DNA of 31,899 nt from Leptospirales bacterium (GTDB taxonomy: Bacteria; Spirochaetota; Leptospiria; Turneriellales; JAOUFE01), in NCBI GenBank assembly GCA_040326155.1, contig JBEQLE010000047.1, positions 1 to 31,899 of the forward strand, in the 5' to 3' direction. The position numbers and the translations under genes were made by a program. The notes under the pieces are model-generated. The model was given only the letters and a program-made list of their open reading frames with translations. It did no database searches and had not been told where the DNA came from. Positions 1 to 9,201 of the stretch are shown here, one piece after another; position 1 is the first letter of the stretch, and the number at the start of each line of letters is the position of its first letter.

Positions 1-2
1 CA

Positions 3-653
3 CATATTGTACTTTTGGCCAGGTCGGCTACGCCTCAATTGTGGTTAATCGATACTAAAAACCTGAACCAGAAGCTGGAACTGAGTGAGTCAGATATTGA
101 CAAAATATTTGTAGATAAAGAAAAGGGACGAATTGAGGAAGTTTTACGAGTTGGGGAAATTTCCTATCGTTATGACTCGTTTGGGTATATTCCTTTAAAT
201 GTTACCCGACCCTTGTTTTTTCTAGAGAAAGTTGAAATTAACGGTGAAAATTCGTGGATTATTATAAAAAACAAAGGGAAGTTTACGACCTCGGCTCTTA
301 TTACAATTGGCTTTCCCGATATTGACCCCAAAGAGGCCTCGTCCAAAGTCGGTTTTACCGCCGATATACCTACGGTAAAATATTACCCACCCGGGTCTCT
401 GGTTTATAAAAACGGAGGTGATAAGATTGTAACAAAATACCCGATGATTGAAGTTGAAAAAGCCCCGTTTCAAAATTATCACTCCATGAAGTTGCCGCTT
501 TTTCTATCTGAAAACCCTGGTAGAATTTATGTTCGAATTGTTTATAAATACCGAGGCGGCACATACAATTGGCCCGAAAAAACGGGTGTCGACAAAAGTA
601 TTATTCTATATAAAACACAACAAGGTTTTATGGCATATGAATTTAAGCCCTGA
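3..653 (+). CDS. hypothetical protein, 5'-truncated by window edge
   Basis: The frame is open from position 3 through the TTG at 15 to TGA at 651-653, so the real start is probably upstream of the window. No recognisable motif. Confidence 0.7.
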   Translation, partial: HIVLLARSATPQLWLIDTKNLNQKLELSESDIDKIFVDKEKGRIEEVLRVGEISYRYDSFGYIPLNVTRPLFFLEKVEINGENSWIIIKNKGKFTTSALITIGFPDIDPKEASSKVGFTADIPTVKYYPPGSLVYKNGGDKIVTKYPMIEVEKAPFQNYHSMKLPLFLSENPGRIYVRIVYKYRGGTYNWPEKTGVDKSIILYKTQQGFMAYEFKP

Positions 654-1482
654 TCTTGATCTCAGATTGCCCCAAAAGCCCGGACCGCTTTCGCCGGTTG
701 TTTATCTTGGCCCGGGAGCTTGTGCAAGAATTGATCGTAATATTCCCATTAGCCCTGTAGTTGTACAATCAACGAATGAGATTATATTTAACGAGTGGCC
801 TTCGTCTTTAGAATGGAAACAGGTTTTTGAATTTTTTCCTTTTGCGCATGAAATTGATTTTGCACACTATTATGTAAAACTCGAAAAATTATTGAACCTA
901 TCGAAAGAACAGAAAAAAAGTATATTAGAAGGGGCGGGCTTTGCGGCGGGGCGCGAAAAAGAGATTGTTCAGATGGACGGTTTTAAAGAACCTTTTGCAA
1001 ATTTACGTATTCAAAAAAAAATTCCTGTGAAACTGATTACATTGATGCGGTTAAATGACCCATCGGAGAGTTTGAAAATTGCCTCCTATTTTAACAACAG
1101 TGAAATAAAACCCAATATAGTTCGTCAGATACTATCGATCTGGGTGGATTTCGAAGACGATAACAAAAAACAATTTGCAAAAAAGTTAACCGAAATTACA
1201 AAAATTACAAAGGACTCTCAAAAGCTGGGCAAAGAGATCTATAATATGGCATGGGTATTGAGATACCCGAATTATGAATCGTATATGGAGCAAATTCGTG
1301 AGATTATAGCCGAAATCGATGAAAATATTCATATAGAATTTGACCAATTTCTAGAATCTACTTATTTTACTATTAGTGGAAAGGTGTATACCAGAGAACG
1401 TTTCATAAAGTTTGCCGATGCTTTGCATAAAAATAAAAACCGGGAAGCCATAGAACGACTCTGTTCTCTAATTTTGAGATAA
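637..1482 (+). CDS. hypothetical protein (C-terminal half weakly reminiscent of ParB-associated proteins)
   Basis: Long ORF (529..1482). The in-frame ATG at 637 avoids a long overlap with the upstream gene. The C-terminal 'LRYPNY...IHIEFDQFLES' resemblance is from memory only. Confidence 0.65.
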   Translation: MNLSPDLDLRLPQKPGPLSPVVYLGPGACARIDRNIPISPVVVQSTNEIIFNEWPSSLEWKQVFEFFPFAHEIDFAHYYVKLEKLLNLSKEQKKSILEGAGFAAGREKEIVQMDGFKEPFANLRIQKKIPVKLITLMRLNDPSESLKIASYFNNSEIKPNIVRQILSIWVDFEDDNKKQFAKKLTEITKITKDSQKLGKEIYNMAWVLRYPNYESYMEQIREIIAEIDENIHIEFDQFLESTYFTISGKVYTRERFIKFADALHKNKNREAIERLCSLILR

Positions 1483-1540
1483 TACTTGACTGCTCAACTA
1501 TATTAGATATTCCTACATTTCTAATATAGCTAGGTATGAA

Positions 1541-1783
1541 ATGAAAGAAATAGACGAAGAAGCAAAACGAAAACTGGTCAAAAAACGAACGAAAATTGCA
1601 GCGATCGTAGCAATTCTACTTTTTAGCGTTTTTGCAACTCATCTTTATGTTGCGTATGATTCAATTGTTTATTTCGAAAACCTGTTCAACGGAGATGTAA
1701 TTACGATAGTCAGTACTGTCCTTGTCTCCTGGGCTTTAATTGGGTGGTTTATCTTGTTTCGCACCTTTCGTAATATTCCCTGA
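1541..1783 (+). CDS. small two-TM membrane protein
   Basis: 80 aa with a basic N-terminus and two hydrophobic segments. AGGT is upstream and the ORF fills the gap before gpsA. Confidence 0.7.
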   Translation: MKEIDEEAKRKLVKKRTKIAAIVAILLFSVFATHLYVAYDSIVYFENLFNGDVITIVSTVLVSWALIGWFILFRTFRNIP

Positions 1784-1861
1784 TGTTTTTCAGGCTCTAG
1801 TTGTTACGTTAATTTATTTATATTTCTTTACATTGCGAATTTTAAACAAACACTGTTCGTA

Positions 1862-2872
1862 ATGAAAATTGCTATAATAGGAGCTGGCTCTTTTGGCACA
1901 GCTTTGGGTATTGCGCTTTCCGGTCAGGTCAAAACGGTCCATTTGTGGAGTCATTCTAACGATATTGTAGAATCGATAACGCAAAAAAAACAAAACGCTG
2001 TTTATTTGCCCGAAATTATTTTACCCGATAACATTATTGCTTCCAGCGATCTGGCTTCGGTTCTTGACGGAGCTGAATACGTTTTATCTGTCGTGCCTAC
2101 CCAGGCAACCAGAGAAGTCTGGACAAAAGCGAAAGAGTTTATTCGTCCTGATGCGAAAATCGTAGTAGCATCCAAAGGAATAGAACAAAAAACCCATAAA
2201 CTGGTATCTGATATTTTTATCGACTTGCTAGGTGAGCAGAGTAAAAGCCGCCTCTTTTTTCTCTCTGGTCCTTCGTTTGCCAAAGAGCTGGCAGCTAAAA
2301 AACCGACTGCCATTACCATCGCAGGTTATGAACGTGCGGGAATACCCGAAATTCAATCGATTTTCTCAACTCGATATTTCAGGATATACGGCACAACTGA
2401 CGTGACCGGGGTTGAACTTGGCGGGGCCTTAAAAAATGTTATTGCCATTGCAACCGGAATCAGCGACGGTTTGCAGATGGGTAATAACACCCGCGCCGCT
2501 TTAATAACCAGGGGACTTGCAGAAATTGCCAGACTTGGAAAATCGATGGGCGCAGACCCTTTGACATTTATGGGCCTTGCCGGCCTTGGCGATCTTGTGT
2601 TGACTTGTACGGGAGATCTCTCTCGAAACAGGAGCGTTGGTTTAAAACTGGCTTCGGGCCAGAAAATTGCAGATATATTAAAGAGTATGAGAATGGTAGC
2701 CGAAGGGGTGACAACCACCCAGTCAGCGTATGAACTTGCTCAGATAAAAGGCATTGAAATGCCAATTACCGAAGCTGTGTATCAAATTTTATATAACGAC
2801 AAAACTCCCGAAGAAGGATGGCGAATGCTGGTTCAACGAGAACCAAGGTTTGAGTCGGATATGGATGAATAA
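1862..2872 (+). CDS. gpsA: NAD(P)H-dependent glycerol-3-phosphate dehydrogenase
   Basis: Motifs GAGSFGTALG (Rossmann), SKGIE, LSGPSFAKE, GGALKNVIAIA, GLGDLVLTC and SRNR. Confidence 0.97.
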   Translation: MKIAIIGAGSFGTALGIALSGQVKTVHLWSHSNDIVESITQKKQNAVYLPEIILPDNIIASSDLASVLDGAEYVLSVVPTQATREVWTKAKEFIRPDAKIVVASKGIEQKTHKLVSDIFIDLLGEQSKSRLFFLSGPSFAKELAAKKPTAITIAGYERAGIPEIQSIFSTRYFRIYGTTDVTGVELGGALKNVIAIATGISDGLQMGNNTRAALITRGLAEIARLGKSMGADPLTFMGLAGLGDLVLTCTGDLSRNRSVGLKLASGQKIADILKSMRMVAEGVTTTQSAYELAQIKGIEMPITEAVYQILYNDKTPEEGWRMLVQREPRFESDMDE

Positions 2873-2904
2873 ACCGATCTATATTCAATTTATATCCAAT
2901 TGTA

Positions 2905-3810
2905 ATGAAGAAAAAAGGAAAAAAGAAAAAGGTAATAAGTAAGTACCTGGAATATCTTGGCGTTCGATTTTTGTGGTTTCTACTGAGTATGATTCCCTTT
3001 CGAGCGCGTAAAATATTTGGCATAAAATTAGCTCATTTTCTATTTCGCATAAATAAGTCCAAAGCGGCGATTATCGAGAAAAACCTGACGGCGTCTTTTC
3101 CTGACAAAGATTCCGAGTGGATTCAAGACATAAAAGAAAAAAATATTACCTATCTTGGTCGTTTTTTTGCTGAATTTGTTCAGCTGTTGAAATTGAAAAA
3201 TGAATTTTTAAATAAACATGTTATATCCGAACCGGACCGTGATGGCATCTGGGAGTATTTTAAAGACGGAGCTCTGGTTATTTCAGCTCATCTTGGCAAC
3301 TGGGAGTGGACAGGCGCTCGCGGCGCTCGTTGGTTTCCTGAACATATCTATGTTATGGCGAAAAGGCAGTCGAACCCCTGGTCAAACAGTTTAATTGAAA
3401 GAGCCCGTTTGAAAGCGGGAATGTTGACCGTTTACGCCGGGGAAAATAATTTTAAAGTCATTAAACTTTTAAAAAAGAAAAAGGTTGTGGTTATGGTCGC
3501 CGACCAATTTGCCGGTAACCAGGGTCTGATGATACCTTTTTTTGGTAGACCAGCCTCGACTTTTCTGGGCCCCGCTGTTATGGCCAGAGTTACCGGCGCT
3601 AAAATATTTTTCTCCTTTTCTGTACATGTTAACGATAAAGTGAAAATCTTTGTAGAACCCCTGAACAGCCCGAAAGCCGACAGAGTAAAAGAACCAATGA
3701 AATGGGAAGAGCAGTTTACAGTAATCTGGACAAAAAAACTCGAAGAGAGGGCCAGAGAATATCCAGAGCAGTACTTCTGGATTCATAATCGCTGGAAACA
3801 GGTCAAGTAG
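2905..3810 (+). CDS. lipid A biosynthesis acyltransferase (LpxL/HtrB family)
   Basis: Catalytic HxxxxE in SAHLGNWE, plus ADQ, FFGRPA and the C-terminal YPEQYFWIHNRWK signature. Confidence 0.9.
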   Translation: MKKKGKKKKVISKYLEYLGVRFLWFLLSMIPFRARKIFGIKLAHFLFRINKSKAAIIEKNLTASFPDKDSEWIQDIKEKNITYLGRFFAEFVQLLKLKNEFLNKHVISEPDRDGIWEYFKDGALVISAHLGNWEWTGARGARWFPEHIYVMAKRQSNPWSNSLIERARLKAGMLTVYAGENNFKVIKLLKKKKVVVMVADQFAGNQGLMIPFFGRPASTFLGPAVMARVTGAKIFFSFSVHVNDKVKIFVEPLNSPKADRVKEPMKWEEQFTVIWTKKLEERAREYPEQYFWIHNRWKQVK

Positions 3811-4645
3811 AAGAGCGTAAAAACTTTTGATAGAGCTCGACCGCAGAGGGTGAGCCGGCAATGATACCATTGGTTAAAATCGATGGTCCGTTTAACTGTA
3901 CTGGTTGTTCAAGTTGGTCGAGGAATGTCATGTTTGCCGCTTCAAGCAAGGCTGCTCCCCCGGCAATGTCCCAACTCGATTTAGGTCTACGCGATAACAC
4001 CAGGTCGATTTTTCCACCTGCTAACAAGCCGAGCTTGTAGGCTACCGAGCCAATGGTTAACGTGTTGTCACTGGTTTGTAGAGCGCGTGTTAAGTCTTGA
4101 AAATTTCCCGATTGAGTTTCGCTGTAAGAAAGAGCTATTTTGATAGATTTTAAATCGGTAAAATCGGTTGTTTTTTTTCCATCTGCTTTTTGACCATTTA
4201 CAAATAGACCGTAATTTTTACCTCCCTGTATAAAAAAATCTTCAGCGGGATTAAAAATAATACCAAATTCAGCTTTGTTGTTTAGCAGAAGAGCTACTGA
4301 AATTGAAAAATTGGGTACGCCATCTATGAACTCTTTTGTACCGTCTAAAGGGTCAATTACCCAGAGACGTTTTGCATTTTGCCTCTCTTTGTCCATTCGG
4401 TCACGGGTATAAAACTCGGATGTCTCTTCGGACAAGATTGGCTCATCTGGAAAAAGTTTGTTTAAATTGCTAACGATGTAATTATTTGCTTCATAATCTG
4501 CGTTGGTTACAGGGTGTTTTTTTTCTTTGTAACTTACGGTAAAAGATTTTTCCTGGAACATTGTTAAAATACGGTTCCCGGCTTCGCGTACAACATGACA
4601 ACACTGGTCTATTTCCGATTTGGATAATTCGTTTATGTCGCTCAT
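3803..4645 (-). CDS. cysQ: 3'(2'),5'-bisphosphate nucleotidase CysQ / inositol monophosphatase family
   Basis: Motifs PVTNAD, ILSEE, WVIDPLDGTKEF and WDIAGG. Overlaps the metF stop (ATGA). Confidence 0.85.
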   Translation of the reverse strand: MSDINELSKSEIDQCCHVVREAGNRILTMFQEKSFTVSYKEKKHPVTNADYEANNYIVSNLNKLFPDEPILSEETSEFYTRDRMDKERQNAKRLWVIDPLDGTKEFIDGVPNFSISVALLLNNKAEFGIIFNPAEDFFIQGGKNYGLFVNGQKADGKKTTDFTDLKSIKIALSYSETQSGNFQDLTRALQTSDNTLTIGSVAYKLGLLAGGKIDLVLSRRPKSSWDIAGGAALLEAANMTFLDQLEQPVQLNGPSILTNGIIAGSPSAVELYQKFLRSST

Positions 4646-5589
4646 ACCTGGTTGTGGCGAACTGAAACAGCGGTGTCGGGGTCACCCATAACAAAAATAT
4701 GTACTCCGGGAACGCCCCCTATTTTTAACTCTTCTATAAATTCTCTCGCCCAGGACATACCAACCTCTCGCATCGCCTCTTTGGAGTCCTTGTTTTTTTC
4801 CATATCAGCGTATAAATCTGCATCTACCGAGATGCCAAATTTCTCATGCATGCGGCTTAACTGTTTCCAGCTTGTGGGTATGCGAATTCCAGGTAAAACC
4901 GGAAAATAGTTCCCCCATAAAGTATAAACCTTTTCAAAAAAAGAAAAAAACAGATCATTGTTTAATACAATCTGGGTAATGCAAAATTGCGCTCCTTTCT
5001 CTTTTTTAATTCTCAGATATTCAATATCGTTTCCGTCCGGATCTTCCGGGTAGGCTGCGACGCCGATGCAAAACCTGGTTTCCATGCCGCGTCGAAACTC
5101 GTTTTCGTCGTCATACCCTTTTCTTTTAATATATTCGCCCCGGTTCTTTTGAGCAATTAAGTCGACAAGTTCGTGAGCGTATTCAAAGCCGCCTTCGGCC
5201 TTAACGAATTTTTCGTTAATGCCATCTGGTGGATCGCCACGCAACGCCAGAATATTATGAATTCCAAAATAATGGTGATCGATTAAACTGTTTTCGAGTT
5301 CTTCTTTAGATTGCCCCCTGCAGGTTAAATGGGCGATAGAAGTCATTTTGTAAGCATTTTGAGCCTGAAAAGCAATGGGCATGGTTCCACCGCGTAAAGA
5401 ACCGCCTGCGCCATGAGTCACCGAAAGAAAGTCAAAACCGCCTTCGGTTAACGTGGCGATGGATGAAAAAACTTCTTTAAAGTCGGTTCCGTTTCGGGGA
5501 GGGATAATTTCTGCAGAATATGTAAATTTATTCTTTTTAAGAATGTCAAGCACGCTTTCAGCGTTAGTTTGGTCTATATTAAAGTTCAT
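4642..5589 (-). CDS. metF: 5,10-methylenetetrahydrofolate reductase
   Basis: Motifs SAEIIPP, SVTHGAGGS, AHLTC, ILALRGDPP, IGVAAYPE and GAQFCITQ. ATG 5589 chosen because GAGGA lies just upstream. Confidence 0.92.
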   Translation of the reverse strand: MNFNIDQTNAESVLDILKKNKFTYSAEIIPPRNGTDFKEVFSSIATLTEGGFDFLSVTHGAGGSLRGGTMPIAFQAQNAYKMTSIAHLTCRGQSKEELENSLIDHHYFGIHNILALRGDPPDGINEKFVKAEGGFEYAHELVDLIAQKNRGEYIKRKGYDDENEFRRGMETRFCIGVAAYPEDPDGNDIEYLRIKKEKGAQFCITQIVLNNDLFFSFFEKVYTLWGNYFPVLPGIRIPTSWKQLSRMHEKFGISVDADLYADMEKNKDSKEAMREVGMSWAREFIEELKIGGVPGVHIFVMGDPDTAVSVRHNQV

Positions 5590-5640
5590 TTGTTCCTCAG
5601 ATTTTGTCAAATTGCAAGAGCGAATTCCATTGTCAAGAGT

Positions 5641-6414
5641 TCACTCCTCGTAATGGTGTAAGATCTCACTCAATTTCAGATCGGTCAATTTTCGTATGCC
5701 CGAAACAAGATACCAGAGCGCTATCATCATTACAATTGTACTTGGTACGGCAATGACCGGAAAACTCCAGGCATGCATTTGGCCAAGTTCTGAGCTGAAT
5801 TCCGATGTTCCCGGAGGGCTTTTCAACAGATAAACGGCCAGGGAAAAATTTAAAATGGAACTTACTATAAATGAAATGGTTAATAAAAAGGTAGAGTTGA
5901 CAATGATTTTATCGAATTTTTTTTTGGTATTTGTTTCGGCTACTCTTTTTTCGATTAAATTCGCGTTGACCAGGCTGGGGTTTAGCAGTACCATTCGCAC
6001 CAGTGGGGTGGATGTTTTGAGCGAGATCAACGTAGCTATACCAAAAAGTGCGGGGACGGAAGCCTCTTTAACGGCAAACCAGATGGTTTCAAGCTGGTAA
6101 AGTGAAAGAGCCCCGGTCATACCGATATTTGCAATTCCCAGTATGGAAAAAAAGTTCCACTTCTTTTTTTGTATTAAATCGTATAAGCCATAAAAAAATG
6201 GAAAAGAAATAGCAACATAGATACTATTTAAAGGACCTAGTGCATTTTCACCGTTTAATTTAGTTAAAATGAGGACCGGTATAATAATATTAAAACCAAT
6301 ATTTATAAGTATATTTTCTCTTTTCTCAGGCACGGGTTTGGAACCTTCCTCTGCGCCAGGAGTATCAGTTGGAGAATCGATTGGTATATCCGCTTCAGTT
6401 TTGTTTTTAATCAT
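5641..6414 (-). CDS. VC0807-family multi-pass membrane protein (IspZ/YciB-like)
   Basis: Motifs NIIIPVLIL, WFAVKEASVP, FSSELGQM and SFPVIAVP, with about 6 TM segments. Confidence 0.75.
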   Translation of the reverse strand: MIKNKTEADIPIDSPTDTPGAEEGSKPVPEKRENILINIGFNIIIPVLILTKLNGENALGPLNSIYVAISFPFFYGLYDLIQKKKWNFFSILGIANIGMTGALSLYQLETIWFAVKEASVPALFGIATLISLKTSTPLVRMVLLNPSLVNANLIEKRVAETNTKKKFDKIIVNSTFLLTISFIVSSILNFSLAVYLLKSPPGTSEFSSELGQMHAWSFPVIAVPSTIVMMIALWYLVSGIRKLTDLKLSEILHHYEE

Positions 6415-6425
6415 AATAGGGTCAC

Positions 6426-6453
6426 ACTATAAACAGGAATAAAAAAAAGTCAA
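6426..6453 (-). promoter_or_regulatory. sigma70-type promoter
   Basis: Minus strand reads TTGACT-N16-TATAGT, ending 11 nt before ATG 6414. Confidence 0.55.
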
Positions 6454-6590
6454 GAGATTTTACCAAATAAAACAATAAGAAAAATCAGGCAGACGACCTC
6501 CTGAAAAACCGGCTTGAAAAATATTTATTGTATTTTTATAGACGTGTTTTACCAAGGATAAATTTAAACAATTAAACTCAGGAGTAACAC

Positions 6591-7325
6591 ATGAAATTCA
6601 ATTCGGACAAAACTAAATATGCAATATTAAGTTTCATAATGGTGATCTTTATGGCAGGAGTCGGTTGCAAAACTGCAAAATCGATTTCTGGAACCTTGAC
6701 CTTTGTCAGGGGCGATGTGAAAATTATGAAAGAGAGCTCAACAGGCGCAGCGTCGCAGATTACAGCAAAAATTGGCCAGAGAGTTTCTAAAGGCGATATT
6801 ATTGCGACAGGTAAAAATAGCTTTGCCATCTTGCAATTTGACGATGATTCTTCTATGATGGAAATTCAATCGGAGGCCAGGGTTATTTTGCAAGAGTATT
6901 CAGAAAAGATAAAAGATGTCTATATTGAAAAAGGAAACGTATGGACGGTCGTTGACAAATTATCCGGTAAATCTCAATTTACGTTACGCACTCCTACATC
7001 TGTTGCGGGGGTGAGGGGTACAAAATTCTACACTTTCTCTTTTGGTGATATTTATGGGACCTGCTTTTGTCACGGAAAGGTACAGTATAATACAACCACA
7101 TCCGATTATAACCAGGAAAACAGTGAAGACTATGTTATTTTTACCAGAGGTGACACCACTATAACAATCACCCAGAAAGAGATAAAAGAAGCAGGTATTG
7201 AAGACTCTTCGCATAGCCATTCTGTAATTGGTGATAGTCCACTTGGTAAACAGTACTCTTTAAATGCAGAAGAAGAAAAAATATTTTTTGGCCTGGTTGA
7301 GAAGAAGTTAGCGGAAGGTCATTAA
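6591..7325 (+). CDS. FecR-domain lipoprotein
   Basis: AGGAG RBS, hydrophobic leader ending AGVGC, GDIIATG, and the FecR motif LRTPTSVAGVRGTKF. Confidence 0.85.
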   Translation: MKFNSDKTKYAILSFIMVIFMAGVGCKTAKSISGTLTFVRGDVKIMKESSTGAASQITAKIGQRVSKGDIIATGKNSFAILQFDDDSSMMEIQSEARVILQEYSEKIKDVYIEKGNVWTVVDKLSGKSQFTLRTPTSVAGVRGTKFYTFSFGDIYGTCFCHGKVQYNTTTSDYNQENSEDYVIFTRGDTTITITQKEIKEAGIEDSSHSHSVIGDSPLGKQYSLNAEEEKIFFGLVEKKLAEGH

Positions 7326-7459
7326 GGCACAAAGCCAGGATCTTTAATCATGCAAAATCCTGTAAATCCTGTCAAATTATCTTCTCTTTTGTTTTGTATT
7401 TCAATGTTTTAAGAGGGATAGACAGGATTGACCGGTTTACATGATTTGGAGACGTTGCG
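7324..7459. repeat. dispersed inverted-repeat element, copy 1
   Basis: Closely matches 26148-26280. Arms are AATCATGCAAAATCCTGTAAATCCTGTC (7346-7373) and GACAGGATTGACCGGTTTACATGATT (7421-7446). Confidence 0.9.
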
Positions 7460-7500
7460 GTTTTTTCACGGGTGGGGAAAAAACCAACTTGTCCCCGCCT

Positions 7501-7527
7501 GATGCTCTTGATGCTCTTGATGCTCTT
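7501..7527. repeat. perfect 9-bp tandem repeat (GATGCTCTT)x3
   Basis: Read directly from the sequence. Confidence 0.9.
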
Positions 7528-7614
7528 GTTTTTTACTTGGTTTTCTCGTTAGTTTTAATCGTGGAGTTTCAAAACTCTTGCCAGAGTGCTTAAATTTACA
7601 ATAATGACTCTAAT

Positions 7615-8298
7615 ATGGACAATGCAAACAAAAGTGTAAATTCGGCAATCGTGTATGCGTGGATAGCAATATCGGCGTTATCTTGGTTGGTTATGGCCTG
7701 GATGGTCTTTTTGTGGGTACCTTCGGATAATTTGCAGGGTATTGCGCAAAGAATATTTTACTATCATGTTCCCACCGCCTGGGTCTCTATGCTTGGCTTT
7801 ATGATCGGTTTTATTTACAGCATCTTGTACCTGTGGAAGCGAGATCTGAAATTTGACGGCAGCGCAGCCGCCTATACGATTACTGGTTGGGTTTTTACGA
7901 CCGGGGTTATTATTACCGGACCGCTTTGGGCAAAACCAATCTGGGGAGATTTCTGGAACTGGGGAGACCAACGTCTGGTGACATTTTTTATTCTCTGGCT
8001 GGCCTTTGCGGGTTATATTTTATTGCGAACGGGAATTCCTGACCCACATAAACGGGCGAGGTTTTCGGCTATATTAAATATAATAGCGGCCCTTGATGTA
8101 CCTTTGGTATATTATGCTATTCAAATATGGGACACTGCGTCTCATCCGAAGCCTATTACGGTTTACGATATGAAAATGAAAATAACGATATATACTTCCG
8201 TATTCGCATTTATGTCAATGTTCTTTTTAATAACCTATCTGTATAAACGCTATTTGAAAACAGAATTAATGATAAATGAAAAAAGAGGTTCCTCATGA
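7615..8298 (+). CDS. ccmC: heme exporter / cytochrome c maturation protein CcmC
   Basis: QRIFYYHVP, the Trp-rich WWD motif TGPLWAKPIWGDFWNWGDQRL, conserved His in SHP, and 6 TM segments. Confidence 0.88.
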   Translation: MDNANKSVNSAIVYAWIAISALSWLVMAWMVFLWVPSDNLQGIAQRIFYYHVPTAWVSMLGFMIGFIYSILYLWKRDLKFDGSAAAYTITGWVFTTGVIITGPLWAKPIWGDFWNWGDQRLVTFFILWLAFAGYILLRTGIPDPHKRARFSAILNIIAALDVPLVYYAIQIWDTASHPKPITVYDMKMKITIYTSVFAFMSMFFLITYLYKRYLKTELMINEKRGSS

Positions 8299-8693
8299 AA
8301 AATTTCCAAAAAATATTAGTGCTTATTCTTGTGTTTGCTGCCTCCGGTAGTTTTGTCTATGCTCAGGATGCCCAAAATAACCAGGACGAAACACTTGCAA
8401 AATTTGACGCCTATTTTGAAGCAAATGAAAAAGACGCTAAAAACATGTTGGGTTCGTATACCGATCAAGAGTTAAAGTATTTTGTTAACAAATATAAGTC
8501 GGGAAAACCAAGTTATGAATTGCGATCGTTAAAAATTATTCGTCAAATAGAAATGAGAACAGCTGATCGGAAAGCGGGTGAAAGACTGTTTTATGTTTTT
8601 CTTGCCATCTCCCTTCTGGTTTTATTGATATTGGTTTTCTTAATTAAGATTTATCGAATGCAAAAACAATTGCTAGACGAAGAAAAAGAGTAA
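8295..8693 (+). CDS. secreted-domain protein with CcmD-like C-terminal TM and basic tail
   Basis: ATGA overlap with ccmC and GAGG RBS. Signal peptide ending VYA-Q, and a C-terminal TM followed by KIYRMQKQL. Confidence 0.7.
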   Translation: MKNFQKILVLILVFAASGSFVYAQDAQNNQDETLAKFDAYFEANEKDAKNMLGSYTDQELKYFVNKYKSGKPSYELRSLKIIRQIEMRTADRKAGERLFYVFLAISLLVLLILVFLIKIYRMQKQLLDEEKE

Positions 8694-8709
8694 GAAGCAA
8701 TAGATACGA

Positions 8710-9198
8710 ATGAAAATTGGTGTAATATCGGATTCCCATAATAATATTTTAGCGCTTGAAAAAGCCCTGGCTATATTTACGGCAAAAAAAGTGGATACGG
8801 TATTGCACGCCGGTGATATTGAAAATGTAGAACATGTTGGCTTTTTTGATAAATTTAAGCTCTATCTGGCCCAGGGTAATTGTGACGATTTGTATAGTTT
8901 AAAATTAGCCTGTAAGCATTATTCACAGCCGGAACCTGCGAAATACCATGAGCTGGAATTTGACAATAAAAAGATTTTTCTATTTCACGGGGATGACTCG
9001 ATGCTGTATCGAAACGCTTTGGGGCAAGGCAGTTTCGACTATATTATAAAAGGGCATTCTCATTTTACAGAAGATTATAAAAAGGGTCGCACCAGAGTAT
9101 TGAATCCGGGCGCGTTGTACCGAAGTGCGGTGTATACACTGGGAATACTTGATTTGCAAAACGATTTATGGGAAAAAATAGATATACCTAAGGAATAA
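8710..9198 (+). CDS. YfcE-family metallophosphoesterase
   Basis: Motifs ISDSH, LHAGD, GNCD, FHGD, GHSH and LNPG. Confidence 0.9.
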   Translation: MKIGVISDSHNNILALEKALAIFTAKKVDTVLHAGDIENVEHVGFFDKFKLYLAQGNCDDLYSLKLACKHYSQPEPAKYHELEFDNKKIFLFHGDDSMLYRNALGQGSFDYIIKGHSHFTEDYKKGRTRVLNPGALYRSAVYTLGILDLQNDLWEKIDIPKE

Positions 9199-9201
9199 TG
9201 A

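Noticed and set aside
529..636. N-terminal extension of ORF 529..1482
   Set aside because: It overlaps the upstream CDS by 125 nt. ATG 637 is more plausible.
637..1482. Functional ParB/CTPase
   Set aside because: No GxxRxxA CTP-binding motif is visible, and the resemblance is too weak to call.
5590..5640. SAM riboswitch upstream of metF
   Set aside because: Only about 50 nt separate metF from the upstream gene, and no SAM-I or SAM-II core sequence is visible.
7324..7527. CRISPR array
   Set aside because: The repeats are 9-bp tandem or inverted units without unique spacers, and there are no cas genes in the window.
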